Origin: Paraspadella gotoi
Lineage: Eukaryota; Animalia; Chaetognatha
Direction of reading: 5' to 3'
Assembly: GCA_051294375.1 (NCBI GenBank)
Contig: CM119267.1
Coordinates: 106,407-166,232 of the forward strand
DNA length: 59,826 nucleotides
Shown: piece by piece, positions 24,830 to 37,858 of the stretch
Position numbering within the stretch: the first letter of the stretch is position 1
Layout of the letters: every line of letters starts with the position of its first letter
The notes under the pieces: model-generated
Seen by the model: the letters and a program-made list of their open reading frames with translations, nothing else
Databases searched by the model: none
Told to the model about the DNA's origin: nothing
Translations under genes and position numbers: made by a program

Positions 24830-27800
24830 ATGGCAACAACAACAACGACAAAACAGATTCGAACTTACCTTTTTGTGACTTTCACCATCGCCGTCATATT
24901 CATGTCACGGAGCGATGCCAGCGGTGAGAATCATCACTTAATCTCATTTGAATATTTATTTATGCATAATATTGTTACTTATTTATTTCTTTTTATCTTT
25001 TTAACATTTATAATGGGAGTCTCTGATTCTATGGCAAAAGTTTTCTCACAACTTTCTGTCGTTTATTTCCTTTTCTTTTTTTATAAATAAATAAATTTAT
25101 AAATAAAAACCTTAAAACAATATTTTAATTATTTCTTATTAGATTCAGCTTTCTCTCTTCAAAAGACTAATGTCTCTTTTTGTATTTAATATTTTTTTAT
25201 TTTCTGTCATATTTTTTGTCCAACAAATTCACGTCTTTACACTAAGAGATCATATCAATGTTACTAATTTCCCTGCTTCAACTTAAATATTTTTTTCAGC
25301 TTTTTGCAAAAGAGAAAAAAATGTGAATTATTTTGAATTCGATTTGGGAAAACCTGTCTATGACACAGATATCGATTCTTGCGAAAAAAAATGCGTGAAG
25401 ATGGAAAAATGCCAAGGTAGTGATTTAAAAAAAAATCAGAGGCGAATATAAATATGTAACATACAGTAAAGTAACATACAGTAAAGTAACATACAGTAAA
25501 GGGATTTATCTCCATTGTGATTAGGATACGTCTTCTCCTATGGTGTCTGCTATTTAAAGACTAATCTGACAAATGAACAATTTTTCTTGGGTTCAACTGC
25601 AGGAAAATGTAAAAGAGATTCGGGTAGGTGTTCATTTTTAGGAAATTGGATAATTGTGCCAGAATCAGCTTTTTTTATCGAATGAATGAAATATCAATAC
25701 AGTAAATTGGCTGTTATAATATCATCTAAGCAAAAGTTTCGTTTTATTTTTTTTCCTTTTTATATGTACTCATTTTGACTTGCTTGCGTTCATTACAAAA
25801 TTATTAACTGATTTGTTAAACCTATTATGAAATTGGTACAACCAATATAGAAATTATTCATTCATTTAACAAATAACCCATCTTGCCCCTGACTTTAGAC
25901 AGGCTTTGATGGTTTAAGGCCTCCATCACTCTTACAAGATAATGACATAGCAGGTCCCTGCATTGCAGGGCCTGCAAGCTTTCAATCAAGACTCTCTCAC
26001 AATCTCGTTTATTCACTCCCATCGTGTTTTTACTTACTAATATATTAGCAGTTTGGTTAAGTGATTAATTGATACATTTTATTACCAAAAAAAGTAATAG
26101 AGAGACAATGTAATTTTTGATGAACTTCAAAAACTTAATGATTGTAAATTTATATTTAGGAGTTTGCAAAAGAGAGAAAGACATAAATTACTATGGAGAC
26201 GATTTAGGAAAACCAATATTTAGGACTGACATCGACGATTGTGAAAAGAATTGCATGAAAATGGATCGATGCATTGGTAAGTTTAGCAGTAATCACAGGC
26301 CAGTATATCTTTAGTTGCTCCGGGAGAACTCTATAAGTTACTTTTCGGTCGGTCTGTTGGTCGGTTGGTATGTCTGTCCGTCGGTCATTAAAGATGCACT
26401 AGACTCACCTATTTGTTAAGACAGGAAAAAACTTCAAATCTAACCCATACTAGCGCTATAACTATAAAAATTAAAAGTCTTATTCGTATGCAGTAGTGTC
26501 GAAAATACACGAAAGTATATGGGATAACAAAGTCACTGAGGCGCGACACATTTGAATTTCCGTTCTTAGTTCTTAGGTCTTAGTATACTCAAATCTTGTA
26601 ATTTATGAAATTGGTACAACCAATATAAAAATTATCCATTCATTTAATAAATAAGCTATCTTGCCCCTGACTTTGGACAGGCTTTGGTGGTTTAAGGCCT
26701 CCATCACTATATTATCACTATATTATATATATTATATAATATACATTATATAATATATTATACTATATTATATAATATACATATTTAAAAAATACTTTTT
26801 TCTTGAATAAATATCATTCAGGTCACGTATTTTTCTTCGATGTTTGCTACTTGAAAACTAATATGAGCAAGAAACAAAACTTCAAGGGAGCGATGGCAGG
26901 AATTTGTAAGACGAAACCCAAACCTCCAGGTGATGACAGTTTTTTTAAAATGTAATAAATCTTAAACAATTAAACAATGACGGGAATTTGTAAGACGAAA
27001 CCCAAACCTCCAGGTGATGACAGTTTTTTTAAAATGTAATAAATCTTAAACAATTAAACAATTAAACAATGGCAGGAATTTGTAAGACGAAACCCAAACC
27101 TCCAGGTGATGACAGTTTTTTTAAAATGTAATAAATCTTAAATAATTAAACAATTAAACAATTTAACAATTAAACAATGGCAGGAATTTGTAAGACGAAA
27201 CCCAAACCTCCAGGTGATGACATTTTTTTTTAAATGTAATAAATCCTAAACAATAAAACAAAAAAACATTAAACAATTAAACAATTTAACAATTAAACAA
27301 TGGGGGAGGTGAGGCTTTAAAGATGAAGACTCAATCAACTCTTTTTTAGCACTATTTTCCCAGAGCGCCCCATTTCGATCCCTAATCTTTAAATCTAATT
27401 TAAACCTTAACTTAATCCCTAATCTTAAATCGCAAATGCCTAAACCGTTAATCACTAACCAAACTCTAACCTAATCTTTAATCTCTCATCTTCTCCCTAT
27501 CCTTAACCCTTAATTAATTTTTTAATTTAAAAAACAAAAAACTTAATTCTAAATTAAAGTAAAAATTTGGTTATTTTGAAAAAAGGGGCCAATTTCACTG
27601 ATTTTTTTATTACGACCACAAATGAATGTACATTGTACAATTTTTTATACATCCTTTTATTGTGACTTTGTTAATGAAAGGTTATTGCGTGAAAGAAACA
27701 AACATGGACTACGACGGGAACGACTTAGATCAAATTTACTTCGTGGACATCGATTCTTGGTGAAAACTCGTGTCTAGATAGAGAGAAATGCGTTGGTAAA

Positions 27801-30144
27801 ATATTTTCCTATTATTATATTTTTCAAATCGAAATCTAATTTTTTGGTTAAATCGTCAACATGTAAAATTATCTCCCGGACCTAAGCTCAGTGGAATGGG
27901 AAGCAAGCACCTCTAGGATGAACCTAAAATTGGTTCAATTACATAAAACTGTGCGAGGTACAATATAAGTAATCCCAATCTAATACTGCTATGAAATTGT
28001 TACAATCATATAAAACTATCAATTTATAAATAAGCTATTTGCCCTGACTTAGGACTTAAGGCCTCCATCACTCTTACAAGATAATACATAAGCAGGTCCT
28101 GCAAGCTTTCAATCAAGACTCTCTCACAGTCTCTCACAGTCCTTCACGCAAAGTACTAGTTTCTCTATCAATGAAGTAGAATAATATTTCTAAGAATGTT
28201 CAATTACAGAAAAGGAATCTCTCCCTTAAAGTAATGCACCAAAGCCTGTCCAAGTCAGAGGCAAGATAGCTTATTCATTAAGTACAATTGCATGTAAAAT
28301 TATTATTATCATTGTATTATTGCGTCATATTCTGAGTTTTCTTTGGTGTTCTCAGGTTACGTTTTAGTTACCAAACTTGCTACTTAAAAAACCAAAATGG
28401 AGAACGGATATTATTCGAAGGTGCGACGGCGGCAAGGTGTACGAAACAGAAGACGTTCTACTGATTCAGGTCTTTTTCTGTTTTTTTGGCGTTGTTATTG
28501 TTACGTTGTTTGTTCCCTGCCCTGGTCTCAATAGCTGCTAGGCTTCCTCTCTCCTTCCTTTCTTCCGCATCCTTCTCTCCTCCTCTTCCTCCTCCTCTCC
28601 TCCTCTTCCTCCTCATTGCCCAATGCCCATCTCCCTTTATCCAGGCCTTTTCCCAAGAGTGCCCTATTTCTGTTAGTTTAGCTAAGAATTTAATTTTAAC
28701 CTTGATCTTTAACCTAAACATGCTCTTAAAGCGATAAAGCTCTTAACCTTAACCTAATTATTAACCCTTATCCAAATCCCTAACCCTAATCACTAACCAA
28801 GTCCCTAACCTTAATCCTTAACCTAATCACTAACCAAGTCCCAAACCCAAATCCCTAACCCTAATCTCTAACCGAGTCCCTAACCTTAATCTTTAACCTA
28901 ATCGCTAACCCTAACATCCAACCTAATCATTAACTTAAAAAAAAAGAACCTTAATTCCAAATTTAAGATGAAATGGGTCGTTCTAGGAAAATAATGTTCG
29001 AAAATATTGTTTGAAAAAAATCTGTTTTAAGATCACTGTGTGAGAGAAAGCAACATGGATTACGATGGAAACGATTTGGACCAAATTTACTTTGTGGATA
29101 TCGACTCGTGTGAAAAATCTTGTCTGGGGAAGGATGAATGTATAGGTAAGACTCATTCGATGATAAGTTTATATAATAAAGTTAATAATTTGCTTTAAAA
29201 AAATGAATTTTATTAATCGGAGCGAGATTAGTTTGAAAATTTTGAAACATTTTATCTTTCCCGTCGTTCCTTATTAATTTTATTTATTTATTATAAGAGG
29301 AAAAACGAATTTTTTCGCGCTTTAACAACATTTATTTTTTATTTATTTATTTATTTATTTATTTTTCATCAGCATTGACTCGAAAACTAGAGTCGAAACT
29401 TGTCCACTATATAAAAAATAAATGTTGTTAAAGCGCGAAAAAATTTCGTTTTTCCTCTAATCTATTTCAAACAACAAACGAAAAGATTATCACAAAATAT
29501 ATTTATTATTTATTATATTTATTATAATTATTATATTTTTATATATTAATATATATATATTAAAATAAACTTCAAACATATTTTGATTTTCTTTCCATTG
29601 TTTTTATATAATATAGACAAACAAAACTGAAACTAAGTTTAATTCAAATTTATTTAAGGTTACGTTTTTTCTTACCAAACTTGCTACTTGAAAACTAAGA
29701 TGATAAACGGTTATTACTTCGAAGGTTCAACTGCGGGAAAATGTAGAATAAGCGCGGGGAAAACTGACTCTGGTAAATATCAATTTGGGGTAAAGATGAT
29801 TGATAAAAATTGTTAAAAATTAAACTTGTGATAAAATGATTCCTTATGAAAATTAAATATAAGTCCTTTTTCACTTTGTAACAGATAACCAATAATTAAA
29901 AAAATATTTTTTTTATGAAATGCTTGATTCATTTTTTGTCGCAATGAAATCGGAACCAAAGATGAACTCATGAACTTAATTCGTTCCTCAGCCGCTGAAA
30001 AAAACATCACCATTTTAACAACTGCTTTTTTTTATTCACTATTGGCCGTGAGTCCCCACCACGATTAATCACGGCGATCGCTGATTAAAACGCGTCATAT
30101 TGCAAATTCCCTCTACACTTAAATTCTCTCTCTCTCTCTCTCTC

Positions 30145-30182
<38 letters not shown>

Positions 30183-30185
30183 ATC

Positions 30186-30218
<33 letters not shown>

Positions 30219-30593
30219 TCTCATATCTCCTTCTTCCCTCTTCTTCTTTTCCCCTTAGTTCCTCCTCTTCCCCCTCTCCCCTTCCTTCTCCAAACAGGCT
30301 ACACCGACGAAGATCTTGGACAAAAAAGACATCGACTTTTTTCCAACCTTCAAACTTCTCGTCAAAATCACAACCGAGATGATGTCTTCACCAAAGGCCC
30401 TTCAGCTTCGCCCATGAACACGCCAAATGTTAGTTCGCCTAAGGATGGCGCGCCAAAAGATGGCGCACCCAAGGATGGCGCGCCCAAATATCGCCTACTC
30501 AAGAATTCCGTCCAACAACCAATGAGAGACGAAATTGTTTCTCGTTGGCGACGAATCATCAGTCAATCTAGAAGCGATCCTCGCCTCTTGTGA
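24830..30593 (+). CDS. PAN gene B: secreted protein with signal peptide, 4 PAN/Apple domains (third one frameshifted) and a short PKDGA-repeat tail; exons 24830-24923, 25300-25416, 25525-25623, 26160-26276, 26822-26929, (27681-27795, 28356-28469), 29032-29145, 29659-29772, 30298-30593
   Basis: Same phase-1 two-exon PAN modules as gene A. The last exon starts GYTDE as in gene A and ends VQQPMRDEIVSRWRR..RLL*. Confidence 0.85.
26893..27301 (+). repeat. Four tandem copies (84, 92, 108 and 123 bp) of a PAN exon 3' end plus its splice donor
   Basis: ATGGCAGGAATTTGTAAGACGAAACCCAAACCTCCAG|GTGATG starts at 26893, 26977, 27069 and 27177. Confidence 0.9.
27302..28648 (+). other. ~1.35-kb duplicate of 31438-32816 (a PAN module with its flanking introns)
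   Basis: Direct similarity that includes the embedded repeats. Confidence 0.85.
29297..29457. mobile_element. Tourist/PIF-Harbinger-like MITE, 161 bp
   Basis: ~45-bp terminal inverted repeats (GAGGAAAAACGAA..TTTTTTCGCGCTTTAACAACATTTATTTTT) with TAA on both sides. Confidence 0.75.
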
Positions 30594-30660
30594 AGTCACA
30601 TCGCCTCTTGTGAAGTCACATCGCCTCTTGTGAAGTCACATCGCCTCCTGTGAAGTCACA
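30581..30660 (+). repeat. 20-bp tandem repeat x4 (TCGCCTCTTGTGAAGTCACA) that includes the gene B stop codon
   Basis: Directly visible. A two-copy version follows the gene A stop at ~24199-24233. Confidence 0.9.
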
Positions 30661-30995
30661 AGGATTTAAACTTTGTATCGTTACAAGATTGAAATAATTG
30701 TTTTGGCTTAAAATCAAAGCGCAGGAAATAAACTTGTGAATGTTGTTTTTTTAATTTTGGTTTTCATGTTGATTCGATATTGATTCATGGGCTCAGCAAT
30801 TTGTCGGGTTGAATTTTAAAGATTATTGACGCAGTTTAGAATATCTAGTCCGGGATAACTGCTCTTTTTGATTACTAAATTTTATTTATATTTGAGATAT
30901 TATTAAAGAGCGTTTTATTTATTTAGTTACACAGAGATGTTAAAACAGAGTTCCGATCAAAGATAGAAAGAAAGAGAGAAAGAAAGAAAGAAAAA

Positions 30996-31043
<48 letters not shown>

Positions 31044-31314
31044 GGGTAAGAGGGAAATGGAAAGAGGGAAAGAGAGTAAGAGAGAAAGAGAGAAAGAGAG
31101 ACCACTTAAGAAAAAGATAATATTAATGAAGTTCAAAAATTAAAAATGATAAAAGACCAAATAAGATATGAGTCGATCAACGATCAAATTTCTTTTTAAT
31201 CTCTGTCAGGTTCTTATCTTGAAACAGCAACGACGACGACGACGACAACAACGACGACAACTCAGTCTCGTCACAGAATCAAGTGTAGCTAATTGACTCC
31301 CGCCTACGGAAACC

Positions 31315-33101
31315 ATGACGACAACAACAACAACAACAACATTCCGTTCCTCTCGTCGAACTCACCTTTTCAGTTCGATCGGAACTCACTTTTTCGTCGT
31401 CGTCTTCGTCGTCGTCATCGTCGTCGGCGGCGTCGCCGGGGGAGGTGAGGCTTTAAAGATGAAGACTCGATCAACTCTTTTTTGGCACTATTTTCCCAGA
31501 GCGCCCCGTTTCGATCCCTCATCTTTAAATCTAATTTAAATCTTAACCTAATCCCTAATCTTAAATCGCAAATGCCTAACCTTAATCACTAACAAAACTC
31601 TAACCTCCTGATCTTCGTTCCCTATCCTTAACGCCTTAATTTTAATTTTTTAAATTTTAAAAAACAAAAATTAATTCTAAATTAAGTTAAAACATTGGGT
31701 TATTTTGAAAAAAGGGGCCAATTTCACTGATTTTTTTTATTTACGACCACAAATGAATGTACATTGTACCATGTTTTATACATCCTTTTATTTGTGACTT
31801 GTTGTGAATGAAAGGTTATTGGGTGAAAGAAACAAACATGGACTACGACGGGAACGACTTAGATCAAATTTACGTGTCGTTGACATCAATTCTTGTGAAA
31901 ACTCGTGTCTAGATAAAGAGGAATGCGTTGGTAAATATTTTTCCTATTAGTATATTTTTTCAAATCGAAATCTAATTTTTTGGTTAAAATCGTCAACATG
32001 TACTTAGAATTATCTCTGCGGACCTAGATCAGTGTGGGAAGCGAGCCACACTCTATGATGAACTAAAATTGGTTCAATTACATAAATACTGGTGCCAGGT
32101 ACAATGTTAGTAATCTCCGATCTAATACTGCTATGAAATTGCGTTACAATCAATATAAAACTATCAATCATAAATAAGCTATTTTGCCCTGACTTAGGAC
32201 TTAAGGCGCTTCCATCACTTTACAAGATAATGACATAGGCAGGTTCCCTGCAAGCTTTCAATCAAGACTCTCTCACAGTCTCTCACAGTCTCTCACGCCC
32301 AAAGTACCTAGTTTCCCTTTCAATGAAGTAGAATAATATTTCTAAGAATGTTCCAATTACAGAAAAGGATCTCTCCCTTAAGAGTAATGCCACCAAAGCC
32401 TGTCCAAAGTCAGAGGCAAGATAGCTTATTCATTAAGTAGCCAATTGCATGTAAAATTATTATTATATTGTATTATTGGCGTCATATTCTGAGTTTTTTC
32501 TTTGTGGTTCTCAGGTTACGTCTTTAGTTACCAAACTTGCCTACTTAAAACCAAAATGGAGAACGGATATTTATTTTCGAAGAGTGCGATGCGCGGCAAG
32601 GTGTACGAAAACAGAAGACGTTACTACTGATTCAGGTCTGTTTTTCTTTGTTTTTTTGTCGTTGTTATTGTTACGTTGTTGTTCCCTACCCTGGTCTCAA
32701 TAGCTGCTAGGCTTCCTCTCTTCCTTCCTTTCTTCCGCATCCTTGTCTCCTCCTCTTCCTCCTCCTCTTCCTCTTCCTCCTCATTGCCCAATGCCCATCT
32801 CCCTTTATCCAGGCCTCAGCGCGGGCAGCCCCTTCCTCCTCCTCTTCCTCCTCCTACTCATTGCCCATCCACCCTTTATCCAGGCCTCAGCGCGGGCAGT
32901 GTCCTGCTCATCGTCTTTTTCGTCTTCATCGTCGTTTATATCGTCGTCGGCGTCGCCTTCATGAAATATCGCCGTGGCGCCGCGGGAACCGAAGTTTTGC
33001 CCAACAAAGACTTTTGGCTCGGGCTGCCTTCGCTCGTTAAAGACGGTGTCCTCTGTATTTTGAGTCCTTGTCTCAAGCGGGGATCTTACAACAAAGTATG
33101 A
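31315..33101 (+). CDS. PAN gene C: type I membrane protein with signal peptide, 1 PAN/Apple domain, and a CD-MPR/ATG27-like TM and cytosolic tail; exons 31315-31444, 31815-31930, 32515-32635, 32884-33101
   Basis: Phase-1 GT-AG introns. The last exon is GLSAGSVLLIVFFVFIVVYIVVGVAFMKYRRGAAGTEVLPNKDFWLGLPSLVKDGVLCILSPCLKRGSYNKV*. The PAN exons contain indels in this assembly. Confidence 0.75.
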
Positions 33102-33834
33102 GAGCTTTTCGATACAGTGGAGAGTATTTTGTGTATCGAGTTGTCGATATTGGTGTGTGTTTGTCTCTTTTCACGCGGACGTTGACTAAATTATTAAAAC
33201 CTCTTTATAATTTTTAAAGCAACCAGTTTTAAATTTCTTTTAACAAAACAATTTTTAGTCTAGTCATTTTGATACTTATAATACTAGGAGTTTGTCACAT
33301 TTTAAATTTAGTTATTCGAACATTTTATCTTCTTGCTCGTTTATTGTACTTGTTTTCAAAACTCACCAAAAAAATTGACAGGCAGTGTAATGAAAGATAT
33401 AAAGACTCCGATATAAAAATTCAGAATCGAAAGCCGGTAGACGACGTGGGTCTACAGCTCCTCTTCTCTCTCTTTTCATTCATTCATTCATTCATTCATT
33501 CATTCATTCATTCATTCATTTAATAAATAATTAATCATGGCCCTGGACAGACTTAAAAGATTTAATAACATAGTCGGATCCTTCAAGCTTTCAATCAAGT
33601 TTCTCTTACTCCCAAGTTTAATAACTCCCTGGCTATAAAATACTATATAGTGGTTCTATAATATTTCAATTGTATAAAAGGAGTACTCCCTTTAGTATTA
33701 GATATGGGAATACTATGTCAGAGAATAATAGAATTAAGACAGTTCGCGTTTTCGTTTATTTCTTCGTATGGAGTAATTCTAAAGTTGAAACCATGTATAA
33801 TTATCGTGTAAAATTTCGTATGTATAATGTATAA

Positions 33835-33877
<43 letters not shown>

Positions 33878-34524
33878 AATCTTTCAATTTTAAGCACTTG
33901 TTTTTAAACTAATGCTAAATCAATGCCAGTCTTCAAACCAGTTCACGTTCGTGCACTCGCTTTTTAGTTTCAGCACAAAGATTTTGAAGTATTTTTTTTC
34001 ACAATGTTTGTATTCAAAACGCCTTAAGGACATGTATAATTTTAGCTAAAATTAAAATAAAGGCGAAAAAATAAATGTAGTTGTACTCCATGAACTACAG
34101 TTAATTTATTTATTACCATTACCATTACCATTGTTACCATTACCATTATTACCATTTATCATCGGATTTATCATTTTCTTTGTCATAGAATTTCGAATTT
34201 TGATCGTTTGATACAGATAAGCGTTTTTTTTGGATTTTTTGGGTTTTAGTACTCGTGGACTTGACTGAAAAAACTGAAAACTGAAAACTGAAGTCAATTT
34301 GTGCTTATCTAAACCATAAAAATGTGTATTCTACATATGTTTCATACTAATCTAATCAAATGATTAATTTAAATTTACCTTCCTGTTCTCGTTCTTAATT
34401 TTACAATGAATTTTCCAAACATTTTAAAATCCTTTCGATAATTCCTTGACAACCATGCAACTAGAAAATGCCTTGAAAACCAAAGTTTAAAAGTCTGACT
34501 TGTCCCCTAACGTTGGATGCATTA

Positions 34525-35080
34525 TCGTAGGCAGATCCGACATTGTTTGCTAAAACTTGTTTCTCATTTTTAATCGGATTTTTTATCAGCAGATCCCGAC
34601 TCTATAATTCACTTTGTCGGTCCGTCGGTCCGTCCCCTCAATCTTGTCGGGCATTTATTAATAACATGTCAGAACATCGAATTATGATAAATTATGCAAA
34701 AAAAAAAAAACTATGTACAATTGTACATCCGTCCATCTGTCTCTCTGTCTGTCTGTCCATCCATCCCACCTTAGTAAAAAACTCCAATTGACTGGATGGA
34801 TGCATTGGAAAGAAATTTTGTGTGTGGGTAGGGAAGTGTGTGATTGAGCTTGATATAAAGTTTCGTGGAATCGTTAGAGTGGAAATGAGTTTAAATGGAT
34901 AAAAAAAAATCTATTTCACTATTTGAACGACAATTACTCATAAGTGGATGGGGCGATTGACTTGAAATTTTGTATGTGGATAGGAAATTGTGTGATTAAG
35001 CTGGAAATCAAGTTTCGATAGAATCGTTAGAGTGGAAATTAGTTAAAATGGAAAAATCAAAAAACCTGTTTCACTTATTG
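34525..35080 (+). mobile_element. HINE/DINE-1-like element with duplicated core
   Basis: Same head as 6540, a GTCC/GTCT microsatellite and two copies of a GGATGG..GAAATTTTG..GGAAA..GTGTGATT..AAGTTTCG core. Confidence 0.55.
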
Positions 35081-35637
35081 ATTATGCTTCTTTTTTTTTT
35101 ATAGTAAAAATAAATGAAATTGGTACAACCAATATAAAAATTATCCATTCATTTAATAAATAAGCTATCTTGCCCCTGACTTTGGACAGGCTTTGGTGGT
35201 TTAAGGCCTCCATCACTCTTACAAGATAATGACATAGCAGGTCCCTGCAAGCTTTCAATCAAGACTCTTTCACAGTCTCGTTTATTCACTCCCAGAGTAC
35301 CTGGCTTCCCTATCAATGAAGTGGAAAATATTTCAAAGAATGTTTCAATTGTATGAAAAGACGACTCCCTTAAGTATTAGATCGGGGAATACTTATTGTA
35401 CTCCGCAAGATGTAAGATGTATTAATTAATCAAATAATTAGTCGGTAAATTTAACAATTGGTCAAATAATTAATAAATAATTAATTAACCGGTCAATTAA
35501 TCAATCAATTATTCAATCAATCAATTATTTAGTTATCTATTAATAAAATATTCAATCAATTTATTTATAAATTAATCAATTATTTAATCAATCAATCAAT
35601 AAGGCGTAGTAAAAATTATAAATTTAACTTTAATTAA

Positions 35638-36185
35638 AATTCTAAAAGTGAGGAATGAACAACATTATACTAACGAACATTTGTGTTTAAAAAAATTTTA
35701 TAATAAATTTTACAATTTACGCAGTAGGCCATATTTATACTAGTACTAATCCAATAAATGTTAAAATTTCAAAATTATTTTTTGTAAGATTTTTTTGCAG
35801 ATTTGGATTCGTCATGAAAAGTTGTTATAAAGAAATATAACTCTTTTTTAAAAATTCTTTCATTAAGTTGATCAAATATTAAAAAAACCTATATTTTAAG
35901 CTGAAAATTAAAAATTTATATATTACATATAGTTTTTTTTAATTTTTAACCCACTTAATGAAAGAATTTTTAAAAATGATTTATATTTTCTTTTATCAAC
36001 TTTTGACGGGGAATTTAAATCTGCAATCAAAATTGAGAAAAGCCTATTTTGAAATTTTTCGATTTTATAAGGATAGTACTATATATAAATATAGCCGACT
36101 ACGAAAATTGAAGAACATAAAATTTATTTTTTTTACAAATTAATGTTCACTGATGGTATGTTGTTCATAATTGACATTTAGAATT
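35638..36185. mobile_element. Imperfect foldback/MITE, ~550 bp
   Basis: The two arms are diverged inverted repeats. A related single arm occurs at ~13250-13620 and ~19725-20100. Confidence 0.55.
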
Positions 36186-36793
36186 TTCGTATTTAACTTT
36201 CAATACCCTCTATCAATCATTCAATCAGGTGAATCGTTAACGGCATTATTGTCGTCGTCGCCATCATCGTCGTTGTTGCTTTTGTCATGGTCAGTGACGA
36301 AAAGACCTAAAAACAAACATTTCGGATCAAATTAATTAATTTATTAATTTAATAATTATTTTAGTTATATAGTTTATATTAATTAATTAATTAATTAATT
36401 AATTAATTAATTACCGCTAATGATCGTGGGCATATCCGACATTGTTTGCTCAAACTTGTTTTTATCCTCGACCAAAATATTTTTGAACTAATCAAATTCT
36501 CTCTCTTTCTCACTCTCTCTCACTTAATTTTTTTTTCACAGGGAACAGGTTACCAGATAACAAAATAAACATAAAAACGCCTTGGTAAGGCTTGACCCTA
36601 ACCATATGTTCCAAGCATGACGTAAGCATTGTTTAACAAATGCAGGATTAACACTTTGTCATCAGAATGGAGCCCACTGAGGATTGAAAGCTAGTTCGTG
36701 CCAAAGGAAATCGAGAAGAGATGAGTCCTCAGGACAAACTCGTCACTTCAAAATCTTGTTCTGTCTCATTATTTCGTATCGCCCTCACCCTAG

Positions 36794-36856
<63 letters not shown>

Positions 36857-37858
36857 TTCTTTCCTCAATTAAGTCGTCATTCAATTAGAATTAAGGTAGA
36901 GAAAACCTGCCGAGTATTTGACTAAAAAATTAATACGAAACATGTAGTAGCTTAACAAACGAACTACAACGAAAACGTCAACTGTCAAAACTGATGAAGG
37001 TTCGAAATGTAAACCGAAACATGTTCGTTTTTCACTTAATAAACTCGTTGTTGTAACCAAATTCAATTTTTTCTCTATAGGATTATATAAAATGGATCTT
37101 ATTCTTAATACTAATATTATATAATATCGTGGGTTTTAGTTGTTGAAAATTTTTTTTTCAATTTTTTTTTTTATCCTCGACTAAAATATTTTCCTTTTCT
37201 CTTTTAATCCTTTTGAAATATAAAGAATATGAGCTCAGTCGCTGTTCACTCCAAAAAAAAACCTTGAAATCGATTCAATTGTATTGGCGCATCCACAGGT
37301 TACTTTTTATTATTTTAATTTTTGTTATTAGTTTTTGAAAACAAACTTCCTCCAAATGATTTTTTATCGAAATATATTCTGTCAATTTAGTCACCTACAA
37401 ATTGTGATTTCTCGAATACATATAAAAAAGCTGCTCATTCACCGAGTACTATTCTTGATAATATTGCTGAAAAAGAATCTTATGGGCTCTATTTTCTTCA
37501 AGCAGCCAAATTTGATTTAGAATTACATTAACTTTCAGATTATAAAGATTATGGTTTAAGATTAGGGATTAAGGATTATTGTTTGGAATTAAATTAGTTA
37601 AAAGATTAGAGTTTGGGTTCAGAATTCGGTCTGTGATTAATGTTGAATAAGTTACGAAATTAAATTCAGGGATTACGAAACAGAATTGGGTCGTTTTTGA
37701 AACCTTGTGCCTTAATCACTCTCTCCAATCCATCGATGACAACGCGTCAAATGATATTTCATTTTATTTACACAGAAAATCTCATTTTCGATTAATAATT
37801 CGTCTTCATCGTCGTCGTCGTCATCATCGTCATCATCGTCGTCTTCATTGCATTCAAG

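Noticed and set aside
26893-27301. CRISPR-like repeat-spacer pattern
   Set aside because: The 'spacers' are the same sequence with variable AACAATTA counts, and the repeat is an exon end.
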